Shown here piece by piece: positions 35,385 through 46,000 of a stretch of DNA of 64,000 nt; within the stretch, counting starts at the first letter, position 1, and every line of letters begins with the position of its first letter. A program made the translations under genes and the position numbers. The DNA comes from an archaeon. Its GTDB lineage: Archaea > Nanobdellota > Nanobdellia > Woesearchaeales > SM23-78. The stretch covers positions 70,155-134,154 of the forward strand of contig JAZDMG010000007.1 in NCBI GenBank assembly GCA_043801165.1. Reading direction: 5' to 3'. The notes under the pieces are model-generated. The model saw only the letters and a list, made by a program, of their open reading frames with translations, ran no database searches and was not told the origin of the DNA.

Positions 35385-37289
35385 ATGGGTCAAGTTCGGA
35401 AAAGAGAGAACTCTGTTCTGGAAATATTCTTACCAATAGTTCTATGCCTGGTTATAGCGTTAATATCACTTGAAATAGTCATAGCACTCCCTCCTTTGCC
35501 TACTGAGTTCTACGGCAGAATCCGTGATTATAACAGCAACGCTACGCCAGGCGAGACAATTTATGCTTATGATAGCAGCGGCACTCTGTGCGGCTCTTTT
35601 ACCATTGTAAATACAGGATTCTATGGATCCCTAACCTGCCTAGGTGATGACCCCGAATCCAATTCTGATGAAGGCGCTGTCCCGAACGAAAACATAACCT
35701 TCAGATATAGAGGAGGGTATACCACTACATCAGGAGATGTCATCTGGGCGTTAGGTGTTTTCAAATATGTAAACCTGACCTATCCTGTGGTTTTCTGCGG
35801 TGACGCATTCTGTGATGCTGAATTTGAAAACAATTTTGTCTGTCCTTTTGATTGCCCACTTTACAATGCTTCCCAGAATATCACAATAAATGGGACTATG
35901 AATATCACCTCAAATGAGACTAACGCTTCTGCTGGAGGAGGAACAGGAACAGGTACAGGCGCAGGAGGCGGAGGGGGATCACAACCAAAGCAGATTAACA
36001 GAGAAACACCGGCTGGACTCCAAGGGCCTACTATCAATGCATCAGGAATGGAGGGTTATGGCCTGGAATGTAAAGAGTCCTGGAGCTGTTCTAATTGGTC
36101 AGTTTGCAGAATCAATGGGTACCATGACAGAATCTGCACTGATAGTAATAGATGCGGAAGCTTTGAAGAGAAGCCTGCTGAAGTCCAAAAATGCATCTAT
36201 ACTCCTACGTGTTCTGACGGGGTCAGGAATGGGCTTGAGGATGGCATTGACTGCGGGGGTCTTTGCCCCCCTTGTGTTGGCTGCTTTGATGCAATCCAGA
36301 ATTGTCACGACGGAAAATGCGAAGATGATATTGATTGTGGGGGACCTTGTCCTCCTTGCCCAACTTGCTTTGATGGCATGAGGAACTGCCATGAAGGATT
36401 GTGCGAAGAGGGTGTCGACTGTGGGGGACCATGTGATGCCAAATGCCCTGAAGTTGAGCTGCCAAGGCCTATCTTTGTCTGCAAGAAGGATGTCAATCCG
36501 TTCTCAAATGGCAGCATTCTGTTCTTCATAGTAATACTTTTGGTCATTCTTGGGAATATAACCTATTCTCAGCATAAGATCAAAGAATTGAGGAAAAACA
36601 AGGATCTTAAAGACATTCAACGCATCAAGGGTATCTTCTCAACCAGGAGGAAGATGTATCTTTTCATATTGATAACGGTGTTAATCGCTGTAATCCTTTA
36701 TTTGTATTACTATTTCTTTGTCATGTGCGAGACAGATTACAAGTTCATTTGGTGGCTGCTGCTCCTATTGTTAGCAACTCCTATAATAATCCATGAAGTA
36801 ATGAGATATCTTGAGTACAGCGAAAGCAAAAAGCTCAAGAAATTCGAAGACCTATTGAGCATGCATTACAAACAGATAGATTCACTCATAAAGATTGAGA
36901 ACGAGAATCTTGAGGAAATGGAGCAGGAATTATCAGCTCAGCTTAACATAGTATTGGATAGCCTGCGAGGCAATTCCAGTGATGAGTGCGTCTCGCTTTT
37001 GCGAGAGATATATGGGCTGTTGGATTCACTTTATCTCAAATACAAGAATCGTGAAAGTCCTTTTGAACAGGAGAAACTCCTTTGCGAAGACATATACCGC
37101 TTAATTGAAAATAAGAAGTACAGCGCATCAATAGAAGCAAATCCTACTATTAAAGGCATAGTTGACAAGCTCAGGATTCTGTACCTGCAATATGAGGAAA
37201 AGCAGGGGCTTTATGACGAGCTTGACAAAGTAGACGCATCAAGGAAGGAGCTTGGGTTAGAGTTAAACCACAGCGGCGAAAAGAAATAA
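35385..37289 (+). CDS. Cys-repeat surface protein with 3 TM segments and cytoplasmic coiled-coil tail
   Basis: The ATG at 35385 comes right after the upstream TAA (the track start at 35361 overlaps that gene). Signal anchor, Gly-rich linker (AGGGTGTGTGAGGGGGS), CKESWSCSNWSVC motif, three tandem C.DG.(R)N..E.G(I/V)DCGG.C..C repeats, TM segments, then ~190 aa of charged helical sequence. Confidence 0.8.
   Translation: MGQVRKRENSVLEIFLPIVLCLVIALISLEIVIALPPLPTEFYGRIRDYNSNATPGETIYAYDSSGTLCGSFTIVNTGFYGSLTCLGDDPESNSDEGAVPNENITFRYRGGYTTTSGDVIWALGVFKYVNLTYPVVFCGDAFCDAEFENNFVCPFDCPLYNASQNITINGTMNITSNETNASAGGGTGTGTGAGGGGGSQPKQINRETPAGLQGPTINASGMEGYGLECKESWSCSNWSVCRINGYHDRICTDSNRCGSFEEKPAEVQKCIYTPTCSDGVRNGLEDGIDCGGLCPPCVGCFDAIQNCHDGKCEDDIDCGGPCPPCPTCFDGMRNCHEGLCEEGVDCGGPCDAKCPEVELPRPIFVCKKDVNPFSNGSILFFIVILLVILGNITYSQHKIKELRKNKDLKDIQRIKGIFSTRRKMYLFILITVLIAVILYLYYYFFVMCETDYKFIWWLLLLLLATPIIIHEVMRYLEYSESKKLKKFEDLLSMHYKQIDSLIKIENENLEEMEQELSAQLNIVLDSLRGNSSDECVSLLREIYGLLDSLYLKYKNRESPFEQEKLLCEDIYRLIENKKYSASIEANPTIKGIVDKLRILYLQYEEKQGLYDELDKVDASRKELGLELNHSGEKK
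36210..36452 (+). repeat. Three tandem Cys-rich repeats C.DG.(R)N..E.G(I/V)DCGG.C..C
   Basis: CSDGVRNGLEDGIDCGGLCPPC / CFDAIQNCHDGKCEDDIDCGGPCPPC / CFDGMRNCHEGLCEEGVDCGGPCDAKC, read directly from the translation. Confidence 0.85.
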
Positions 37290-37308
37290 TAAATAGTTTA
37301 TCCTATTT

Positions 37309-38262
37309 CTACGGAGCTTCAGCTGAGAACACTACGGTTCCATTGCATACACCGAATGGGTTCATGGTCTCATTCACATAAATTCTCCAGTATGTTGTGT
37401 TTATCACTTGGTTGAGATCATCAATCTGCTGGGAGACAAGCAATCCGGCTATGTGTACTCTTGAACTTGTGATTGGAGTCATCGCGCCATAGGCTGTCGC
37501 AGAGCTTATCGAGTATCTCTCGTTTGGCAGTGTCAGGTTCCTTACTTCACAAATCATAGCATAGTTTGCGCCGGTTGTCGCGTTTTCTCCGCCGTATCCG
37601 TAGACACTGACGTTTATATTCATGTTCCCGAAGTTAGTCACGTTGGCTTGGGTAGGATCGACTAAGTCTCCTTCTCCGACAGCCAGGTCCCCGAAGTTTA
37701 TGACTGGGGTGACGTTAAGAGCATAAAGCGCTGATATCGTTGCGTTTCCTGTTCCATTGACAACAAAATGCCTGCTTGTGTTGTATGTTGAATTATCTCG
37801 CACTATCGCTGTCATTCTCCAAGTTCCGTTGTTTGCATAGTAAAGGACATCATAAACGCAGGTCCAGTTAGTATACCATCCGCTGGTTGTGTTCTCTGTG
37901 CAACTTTCATTGGTGTAGTGCGTGTTGTTGTCATCTGGATTTGAGGAATAGTTTTGGAAGTAGTAGAATGTGCCGTTCACTGTCCATATGGTGTTGCCTC
38001 CATTATAGTCCAGAATCTGGACAAGGCAAGAGACCGTCTGTGTCAAACCAGCAGTTAATGTTATTGATGATGTGACATTGATGCATGTTACATTGTAGAC
38101 TATTGGCATTGCGTCTGTGATGTTTACCGTGGTTCTGACGCTCACGTTCTTGTAGTTAGGGCCAGGACCCCAACTTATTACAGCAGGAAGAAGATTATAT
38201 ACATAAATGAGGAGAACTGTTGTCAATAGCAGTGTTAAAAGCAATCTGTTCTTAGTTTTCAT
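37309..38262 (-). CDS. Secreted protein, paralog family B (B2)
   Basis: Signal peptide then SWGPGPNYKNVSV. Shares NPDDNNTHYT, LYYANNGTWR, ANVTNFGNMNINVSVYGYGGEN, NERYS, NTTYWR and PFGVCNGTVVFSAEAP with B1. Has its own BRE/TATA at 38333-38347. Confidence 0.85.
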   Translation of the reverse strand: MKTKNRLLLTLLLTTVLLIYVYNLLPAVISWGPGPNYKNVSVRTTVNITDAMPIVYNVTCINVTSSITLTAGLTQTVSCLVQILDYNGGNTIWTVNGTFYYFQNYSSNPDDNNTHYTNESCTENTTSGWYTNWTCVYDVLYYANNGTWRMTAIVRDNSTYNTSRHFVVNGTGNATISALYALNVTPVINFGDLAVGEGDLVDPTQANVTNFGNMNINVSVYGYGGENATTGANYAMICEVRNLTLPNERYSISSATAYGAMTPITSSRVHIAGLLVSQQIDDLNQVINTTYWRIYVNETMNPFGVCNGTVVFSAEAP

Positions 38263-38295
38263 CTTACCATCTCAAAATTTACACCGTGTAACGCA

Positions 38296-38305
38296 ATTAG
38301 TATAC
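38296..38305. promoter_or_regulatory. ATTAGTATAC element downstream of the B2 TATA box
   Basis: Matches the left 10 nt of the 27092 palindrome and sits in the same orientation and on the same side of the TATA. Confidence 0.4.
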
Positions 38306-38332
38306 GATAATGTATATCAGTATCTATACAAG

Positions 38333-38347
38333 TATATAAATGTTTCG
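38333..38347 (-). promoter_or_regulatory. BRE/TATA promoter for B2 (37309..38262)
   Basis: The minus strand reads CGAAACA-TTTATATA, the same 15-mer as at 27117-27131, ~70 nt upstream of the ATG. Confidence 0.6.
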
Positions 38348-38421
38348 TTTTCTCATGGTTAATGATAACTATCTTTCTAAAATGCACCAACCCATTTTGC
38401 GCTTTAAATAACCATGAAAGT

Positions 38422-41217
38422 CTAGTTAAACTCTTCATTTCTGCTTACCTCAACAAACCGTTCATAAAATGAGTTCATCTGGAAGTTCAATTTTAGTTTC
38501 TCACGCGAAGTTAACCTTGTTCGGGAATAGGCCTCCAGGGCAAGGCAGTATTTTGAGCGCGCACCCTCAAAATCCTTGTTCTGTAGGCAGGCGTAAGCCT
38601 CCTGGATAAGCGAGGATATGCTGATGGAGGCACCGGCTGCGTTTTTAATGGAATTTTCATACTGCAAAGCTTGTAGCTCTGGTTCGTGATTAGCCATGCC
38701 CCCTCCCGGCTTATCTTTTCTGAACCATTCTTGTCCATACGCGCTCTCAGGTTTCAGGAAAATTAGGTAATAGACTAACAGAATCACTATAACCAACCCG
38801 ATCACGATTATGACAAGATTAATTAGCGACAGCAACGGCGCTCCCTGAGCAGTTACTTTGCCTGTCAATCCACTATCTGTCATATTCTCTTTAGCAATGG
38901 AGCTTAAAAGTGTTTCTAAATCAAAGAGCAAAACAGTCCTTATTAAAACCGGGCTCTTCAAGTCAAAAGGCATCTCAGTTTCATAAGTTATCTCTGAATC
39001 TGATAGCCTATCTAAGGACCAGATGGCTCCAAGGCTGTTCAATTCCAGAGGCTGTACCTTAAAGTTCAGGTCAGCTATCTTGATTGCAGGTTTCGGCAGC
39101 AATTCCTGCACCAGCACCCCTGCTTGTGCTGAAGGAAACAATATCTTCTCTTTCAGGCGGGTTATTGTCTTAGTCTGGCTGCTCTTGAAGGTTAACTTAT
39201 AGGTTGTGATCTCCTGTGTTACCCTAATCTTTTCCTGGAGCTGCTCTGTTGATTGGTAATAAATCTCTCTTTGAGCATCTGTTAGCGCTCTGTTTCTGAG
39301 ATATTCATTGATTGCGTCCTTCAGCACAGCAGCATCATGGGCTTGTTCATTGACCTTCTTGTCTTCTAGGCTCACCTCTGTGATGATGGTTGATTCAATC
39401 TCTTTGATCTTTGAATCAGCTAAGCGTATCCTTTCGTTTAGGTCTGAGAGAGTCATTCTTATCTCTCTATAGGTCTTGAACTCTCCTACGAGCTGTTTGA
39501 GATCATCTCTTGATTTCTCCATGCCGACCACAATATCGCGGTCTCTGATGAACTCTTCAAGATCAGGATCGTTTGCCTGTCCAAGCGCAGAGATCTCATC
39601 TTCGACAGAGCGTATCTTGCTTTCGAGTTCAGTTATCTTGCTGTTTATCCTGATTAGCAGGTCTGGATCCTGCTTGAATGGAGCTGAGGAATTTTCCTGT
39701 TCAGTCATCAGGAATATCTCATCAGATAGTGGACCTTCATTTCCTGCCTTGTCTACTGCGGTTACAACATAGAAGTATCCTATCTTATGAATCACATCCG
39801 CATCAGAATACTCCTCTGCGGCTGCGCTTGTCTTAAAGTTGGCCTTGTCTGTCTTTCCAGTGGTGGACCTGTATATATTGAAGTGGTCTGCCTCTTCTCC
39901 TTCATATGACCAAGACAGCTTAATCCTGCTGTTCTCATTCACGGCCTTGAGATAGATTATCTTTGGCGGCAGCTGAGTGTCGACGATTGCCAGTTTTCCT
40001 GATGTGATCTCAGTCCCTACCGTCCCTTTTGGATCAGTCCCTTGGAAGAAGAACTCTCCAACGCATTCTCCTGCTCCGTCAGGTATTATCAGGTATCCTT
40101 TCCAGGTTTGGCCACTTCCTTCTACTGGGATGTAGGTGCTTCTGCCGCAATAGATTATGGACAGCACAGGAGCCTGGTTCATGGCCTCTGATGTGGAAAG
40201 TGAGACCTCATAGGTTCCGTACGACATTGCTCTATAGCTCCCATTATGCTGCAGTCCTATTGCTGCCGTAGGAGGTGTGTTCAGTTCTATGTTGAGCGTC
40301 ACTGGCGCGTTGCTGTTCCCTGTCTGGTCCTGGCAGCTCAGGAAGTATGTGTTTATCCCTTCTGAAAGTGAGATTGGCTGTTCATGAATGACAGCTCCTG
40401 TTGTCTGGAAAACATTTGGTAGCTGGGCATATGGCTGGCTTGTCCTGCTCCATCTGCAGCTTGCTATTTCGTTCGTGTCTATCCTTATCGATGTCTGGGA
40501 TTTTGTTATTGTGCCTGTCGGCGATATGCTTATCATCTGCGGCGGATAGGTGTCGACCTTGAAGGTCATCTTTAAGCTGTCTCCGATGTTGTTGCTGTCA
40601 TCTTTGCATCTTGCGTACAGGGCGTATTCCCCATCGCTGAAGCTCCTCAGAAGGTTGTGGTTCGTTCCATTTCCAGCGAGGGAATAGTACATGGAGTCAT
40701 AGCTTACGTTCATCGTGTCGTATCTGCAGCTGCTGTTCTCATCGGTCACCATCTTTAGTTCTATCAGGTTATAGTTCAGCGCCCCTTGCGGGCTCGCTTC
40801 TAGTATCCTTGGTGGCGTGGTATCTTGTACTGTGAAGCTGTTGCTGTGTTCCTGGGAAAGGTTATCATCCTGCATCGTCAAGACAGTGTAGCTGTTGCTT
40901 CCTTTCTGTGTCGGCAACCAGGTGTAGGTATAATAGCTGTAATACTGTGAATCCCTCGTCATTGTGTGGTTCTGCTGGTCAAATATTATCAGGGCTTGTG
41001 TTATCGTCGCATTGGAGGTTATGTCCATTACTATGGCCTGTATCGCACCGTATTCCAGCGGGTTGGTTTGGCTCACCAACTGTATCTGCGCATAGGTATT
41101 AGCCGCGACTAGGCTCATGATTAGCAGGATTATGATAAGCCTGAGGCTGTGGCGCATCCTCTGCCTGCGTCTATTCTCTTCGTTCCATCCTGTTGTTTTC
41201 TTGTCGCTTGTTCTCAT
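38422..41217 (-). CDS. Large surface protein (Ig-like C-R-x modules, FN3, coiled coil, TM, cytoplasmic TPR-like tail)
   Basis: Signal peptide after MRHSL (alternative start 41157). Modules SSCRYDT...YALYARCKDDSNN and ASCRWSR...YFLSCQDQTGN resemble a module in both giants. FN3-like RIKLSWSYEGEEADHFNIYRS...YFYVVTAVDKAGNEG. TM LINLVIIVIGLVIVILLVYYLIFL. Tail with AYACLQNKDFEGARSKYCLALEAY. Confidence 0.8.
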   Translation of the reverse strand: MRTSDKKTTGWNEENRRRQRMRHSLRLIIILLIMSLVAANTYAQIQLVSQTNPLEYGAIQAIVMDITSNATITQALIIFDQQNHTMTRDSQYYSYYTYTWLPTQKGSNSYTVLTMQDDNLSQEHSNSFTVQDTTPPRILEASPQGALNYNLIELKMVTDENSSCRYDTMNVSYDSMYYSLAGNGTNHNLLRSFSDGEYALYARCKDDSNNIGDSLKMTFKVDTYPPQMISISPTGTITKSQTSIRIDTNEIASCRWSRTSQPYAQLPNVFQTTGAVIHEQPISLSEGINTYFLSCQDQTGNSNAPVTLNIELNTPPTAAIGLQHNGSYRAMSYGTYEVSLSTSEAMNQAPVLSIIYCGRSTYIPVEGSGQTWKGYLIIPDGAGECVGEFFFQGTDPKGTVGTEITSGKLAIVDTQLPPKIIYLKAVNENSRIKLSWSYEGEEADHFNIYRSTTGKTDKANFKTSAAAEEYSDADVIHKIGYFYVVTAVDKAGNEGPLSDEIFLMTEQENSSAPFKQDPDLLIRINSKITELESKIRSVEDEISALGQANDPDLEEFIRDRDIVVGMEKSRDDLKQLVGEFKTYREIRMTLSDLNERIRLADSKIKEIESTIITEVSLEDKKVNEQAHDAAVLKDAINEYLRNRALTDAQREIYYQSTEQLQEKIRVTQEITTYKLTFKSSQTKTITRLKEKILFPSAQAGVLVQELLPKPAIKIADLNFKVQPLELNSLGAIWSLDRLSDSEITYETEMPFDLKSPVLIRTVLLFDLETLLSSIAKENMTDSGLTGKVTAQGAPLLSLINLVIIVIGLVIVILLVYYLIFLKPESAYGQEWFRKDKPGGGMANHEPELQALQYENSIKNAAGASISISSLIQEAYACLQNKDFEGARSKYCLALEAYSRTRLTSREKLKLNFQMNSFYERFVEVSRNEEFN

Positions 41218-41280
41218 CTTGGTCTTTCATCTACCTGTGCCGCGTCCTGAAGTCCTTCACCTATCTCGTTATCTGTGATA

Positions 41281-41436
41281 CTATTCCTTCAGCTTGGTGA
41301 GCACTTCCTTGTCTTTCTCGACTGCCTTCTCTATTGCCTTGGCAAGGTAGTCGTTGAGGTTTATGCCCTTCAGAACGCTTATTATCTTGGCCTTCGTGTG
41401 CATTTCTTCACTTATCGCCACGTTGACTTTCTTCAT
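41281..41436 (-). CDS. Ribbon-helix-helix (CopG/Arc/MetJ-type) protein, 51 aa, absent from the ORF track
   Basis: My translation of the minus strand: MKKVNVAISEEMHTKAKIISVLKGINLNDYLAKAIEKAVEKDKEVLTKLKE*. This is a beta-strand/helix/helix pattern typical of RHH. GAGGAA lies 5 nt upstream of the ATG, and ATATTTAAA lies ~45 nt upstream. The 62-aa plus-strand ORF 41275..41463 is its antisense shadow. Confidence 0.7.
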   Translation of the reverse strand: MKKVNVAISEEMHTKAKIISVLKGINLNDYLAKAIEKAVEKDKEVLTKLKE

Positions 41437-41550
41437 AATATTCCTCTAGATAGATTAGCCTAACCATTGGAAGCAGGCTTTAAATATTTTTCTACTTTAA
41501 ACACAAAAATATTTGACTTAGTTATATAAGTTCACTAAGTTTAATAAGCT

Positions 41551-41590
41551 TGGATAAACCAGGATAATCTAGATAATCCAAGAATAATCC
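41551..41590. repeat. Four tandem 10-bp repeats (GGATAAACCA / GGATAATCTA / GATAATCCAA / GAATAATCCC)
   Basis: Read directly: tGGATAAACC aGGATAATCT aGATAATCCA aGAATAATCC. Period 10 bp. Located between the RHH gene and the promoter of 41703/giant 2. Confidence 0.6.
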
Positions 41591-41640
41591 CGAGCTCTGT
41601 AGGAGCCGAAGAATCGCGCGCCGACTCGTTTTCAGAAAGA

Positions 41641-41648
41641 TTTATAAA
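41641..41648 (+). promoter_or_regulatory. TATA box for the 41703 / giant 2 transcription unit
   Basis: AGATTTATAAATTTT lies ~55 nt upstream of the ATG at 41703, with AAGGGTGGG (SD-like) in between. Confidence 0.5.
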
Positions 41649-41702
41649 TTTTCAGACAAAGTAAGGCAGTAGTACAAGTTTTATTCAGTATAAGGGTGGG
41701 TT

Positions 41703-42935
41703 ATGGTTGATTTGATTGGCAGAGCATTCAGGCTCAGCGTTGTTTCGCTAGTATTCTTAGTGCTACTATTACTGGCTACGCTACCTGCTGAGGCCACAGT
41801 CATAGGCGCCAACAAGGCAGTGGCTGAGTTCAAGAATGTCCTTAAGAACGGCTATGCCCAGGAGCTGGTGACCCTGACAACAGACACTGACTTCAATCTC
41901 AGCGTAAACTATGAGTCTGAGGGCGATGTGGCTGGTTGGATCCGTTTTGAGCCAGTTCTCTCGCCTTTCTTCATAAGCAGGGATAATCCTTACACCATCG
42001 CCATGATAATAGAGCCTCCTGGAAATGTCAGGAATGATCGCTATACTGGTTCGGTTCGCTTCATAACTGGCTCTCTTGCCGGTCCTGAAGGTCAGTTCGG
42101 AACTGCTGTTCGCGCAGCCATCAATATAAGGATCGGCGTAGACATCACAGGCCAGGAAATTGTCAGCTGTCAGGCATCTGCATTCAGGATAGATGATGTC
42201 GAAGAGGGCTATCCCCTAGAGTTCTATGGCTCGTTCAGCAATAGCGGGAACGTGCGCATCAGGCCAGAGTTCATCCTGGAGTTCTGGAACCAGGACCAGA
42301 CCAAGCTCGTGGATACCTTGAGGTTCACAGCCAACAAGAGCATACTGCCCACGGTCCAGGAGCGCATCTTCGGCGTGATTAACCATAATCTCAGCCTAGG
42401 CCAGTACTGGGTCAAGATCAAGACTCCGCTCTGCGGCGATAGCGGCTATGGTTTTTTAACCATGAGCGTCATCGAAAGAGGCGGTGTGAGCGACCAGGGA
42501 GAGCTGGTCAACATAGAGAATAATCCCTGGGCCAAGGTCGGCGAGATAGTGCCCATAGATGCTGTCTTCAAGAACACAGGAACAAGAGTTGAGAGCGCCA
42601 AGTTCAAGGGCACCATCAGCTCGGGCAAGGATATATTCAAGATAATCGATACTGATCCTTTGGATGTTCTGCCTGGCCAAGCAGTCAAGATAAGGACCTA
42701 TTTCAATCCGGTCCAGGAGGGCCAGTACATGATAACAGGCCGTGTGCTCTACAACAAGAAGCTGACTTTTGAGAAAAGCTCTGTCCTGAATGTCAACCCT
42801 TCAGGCAAGCCAACTTCTGCAGGCTGGGGGATTGGCCCGACAGTCCTGATAATCATGCTGCTTGTGCTTATGGTGATAGTGCTGCTGATACTCATCAAGA
42901 GAAAGAAACATTCGTCTAATATTCGTAGATTGTAG
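41703..42935 (+). CDS. Secreted protein with C-terminal TM anchor
   Basis: Signal peptide (LVFLVLLLLATLPAEA), beta-rich body, C-terminal TM VLIIMLLVLMVIVLLILI plus KRKKHSSNIRRL. TTTATAAA at 41641-41648 and AAGGGTGGG before the ATG. Immediately upstream of giant 2 on the same strand. Confidence 0.8.
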   Translation: MVDLIGRAFRLSVVSLVFLVLLLLATLPAEATVIGANKAVAEFKNVLKNGYAQELVTLTTDTDFNLSVNYESEGDVAGWIRFEPVLSPFFISRDNPYTIAMIIEPPGNVRNDRYTGSVRFITGSLAGPEGQFGTAVRAAINIRIGVDITGQEIVSCQASAFRIDDVEEGYPLEFYGSFSNSGNVRIRPEFILEFWNQDQTKLVDTLRFTANKSILPTVQERIFGVINHNLSLGQYWVKIKTPLCGDSGYGFLTMSVIERGGVSDQGELVNIENNPWAKVGEIVPIDAVFKNTGTRVESAKFKGTISSGKDIFKIIDTDPLDVLPGQAVKIRTYFNPVQEGQYMITGRVLYNKKLTFEKSSVLNVNPSGKPTSAGWGIGPTVLIIMLLVLMVIVLLILIKRKKHSSNIRRL

Positions 42936-43005
42936 GGTAGTATGAAAACTTTTTAGTCAAGCGTAAGCAAGAAATTAATCATTGTTAAGGTAGGGTGAGC
43001 GGTAG

Positions 43006-46000
43006 ATGCGTAATTGCCTTTTGATAAATAGATTTATGATTATTCTAGCCTTAATCATGCTGCAGTTGGTGTCCGTGGCTATCGGCGCAGTATCAAGTCA
43101 TGATCCGATAACACTTGATAAGCAAAGCTATCTCATCGAGGATACTGCTGTCCTGAGCATCAACATCAATCCTTCTCAATATGACATTTATGAGCTAAGC
43201 ATCACTGATTCAAGTGGCAAGTACACCTTTAGAGGCACTTTTAATCCGGAAATGTTCTTCTACCCTACAGAGGAAGGCATCTATACCGCAGCCCTGGTTG
43301 AACGATCAACCGGGGCTATTTATTATTCTAAGTCATTCAATGTCAGCATTGATGAGAGCAAAGCCAGACGGCGGGTGATCGAGAACGGGATTGCCAGGGG
43401 GGCTGACAGCGTAATCAATGCGACGAATCTCTCTTCACCCGAAAGCAAGAATCAAAGCCATGGCCAGAATCAGGCATTGCCTATTCTTCCGGCAATCAGC
43501 CAGGACCAGGCGTATATCTCTCTGGAGAAGGATAGGTTTTTCCTCGAGGAAAAGATCAGAGTCATCTTAAAGAGCGATGTGGTCAGTAGACAGGATTCAT
43601 ACCATTTGTTCTACTCGTCCAATGGAGAGACCAAGCGTTACATGGGTGATTTGTCATTCATCGAGTTCACACCTTCAGGCATAGGGACGCATGAGCTCCT
43701 GCTGACAGATTCTGATGATAAGCTATTATATTCCAAGAGTTTCAGCGTCACAGCTACAGAAGATGATGAGGACTTCACCAATCCGGATACGAACCGAATA
43801 CTGATACGAGCTCATGGCGGAGCACGTCAAGAGAGCAAGATCATCATCCATGATGAATTTGGCAGGGAAATCAATCTCAGCAGCATCCCTAACAAAAAGT
43901 TATCTGCTTCTTCAGGTTTGACCAACAGATTCAGAGCTGAGGTAATGCCTAATCACGGTCTGAAGAGCATAATATTCAATGGCCTTGCTTTGGGCAATTC
44001 GAGTGATTTTGATCTTGGCTTTGAGGAAATTCCCCCTGAGAACATCCGTGTCAAAGACAGGAGAGCCATCAAATCTTTTGCTATCGATGCCTCTAAACTT
44101 AATTTCATCTCAGGGGCAGCCGTCGGCAGGGCTGTCGGGACCGAGCTTTGGAAGTGCAAGAACTGGTCTTTTGAATCTCAGCAATGCGACGGCACCTGGG
44201 TCAAGGTAATGGATCTCGTGCCTGGCAGGGAATATCAGATAGCGATAACGCCAGATGACCCTGGCTACACAGAGACAGGAGTCGCTGCGGTCAACTCTCT
44301 GAAGCCGATCTATCACCCTGGAGAGGTCGCTGTCCTGTGGATGGTCGTCCTGGATACGAAAGGCCACCTAGTCACAGGCGCAGACATCTCTCTCAATGTT
44401 ACTACGCCATTGAATAATACTATGATGCTGACAACCGCCAGCGGAGAAATAAATGAGATCATGAAAGGAGTCTATGGAGCGAACTTCTCAGATACGTATT
44501 CTGAGGGGAACTACACGCTCTTGATGAGTGCGAAATCATCTATGGTCGACAGCTCATTGTATTCAAATTTCGAGGTCAAGGAGGAATATGATTTCGACAT
44601 AATCAGGAATGCTCCGATAACAACAGACCCATTCACAGGCCCATTTGAATCTTCTCTCACGATAAGACCAGAAGATGTCAACAGCGAGATAGAAAATTAT
44701 AATTTCACAGAGATACTTCCGTTAGACTTCGATATAGTGTCGGCGCCCAATGCCCTGATCTCGCATGATGAAACAAAAAGATTCCTCTTCTGGAGCAATC
44801 TGAGTGGAGAATCAGTCGTCAGTTACATTGCCCAGCCTCCAAAGATTACGCCAAATCTTTTCATGCTGGGAAGATCGTTCATCGACTATGTCAGCGACGG
44901 AATCATCAGGCGGTTCATCGAGGCCAGGTTCTGGTTCCTGGCTATAGATCCGCTGCAAAACCTCTTCTTCGATGATTTCGAGTCTTGGGGATGCAGGACA
45001 ACAGGGGTACCTGCAGCAGGAAACAACTGCTCATACAGCGCAAATTGGGGAGAATTCACCAACTGCTACACCTTACCAGCAGCCAGATTCTGCACAACGG
45101 ACGATGGGCAGGAAGGAAACCACGCAACATACGCCATCCAGATGACCAACTGGAGGATGGACGCAAGCGCAGGGCTATGGTTCTCGCTAGATCCAAGCAT
45201 ATACGACGACATAAACGTGAACGGATACATCTACGCAGGAAGCCTAGACAACAACGCAGAATACTGCATGATATGGGCAAGAGACTCAAACTCAATAGCA
45301 GCAATTTACAACTGCACGAACGGAGCAGCATGCGACGGAACAACACAGACACCGAATATATCAAACTATGTGAAATACGACGTAAATCTGAGCGGCCTGA
45401 GCGGGATAGACCTAAGCGAAAGCAACATATCAGTGCACATAGGAGGAGCGCACTCAAACACAGCAGACTACTGCTTCTTCGACAGGATAAACATAACAGC
45501 AATAGCATATCCGCCGGATGTCACCAATCTCACCTATCCTGCCAATGGTACCACTGTCAATCTGACAACCTTCGACCTTAATTTCACTGTCAACGCCTCA
45601 AGAGACCTGGTCCTGCCCAACTGCACGCTATGGACCGACCTGAATGGGAGCTGGGCGGCAAACATCACAATATACAATGTCAGCAGGAACAACATAACCA
45701 ACATATCAGTGAACCCGATAATAGACGGGGCATACAACTGGAGCATAATATGCTACACGAGAACTGGCTTATATGATTGGTACGACAACAATTTCACATT
45801 CCTTGTCAATGCAAGGCCGCCAATCAAAAATGTCAGTAGCGTAGACGGCGACGTGAGCGCCCCCTGGAACACCACCAACAGGAACCCTGTGATAAACCTG
45901 AGCCTCAACAAGAACGGAAACTGCAGGTTCAGCTTCAGCAGCGAGTCATATGAAGATATGAGTGATGATTATGATTGTTCAGGGGATGGCACGGCATCAA

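Noticed and set aside
41275-41463. 62-aa plus-strand ORF.
   Set aside because: It is antisense to a 51-aa minus-strand ORF that has an RHH sequence pattern, an SD and a TATA box. The plus-strand product is hydrophobic and irregular with no start signals.
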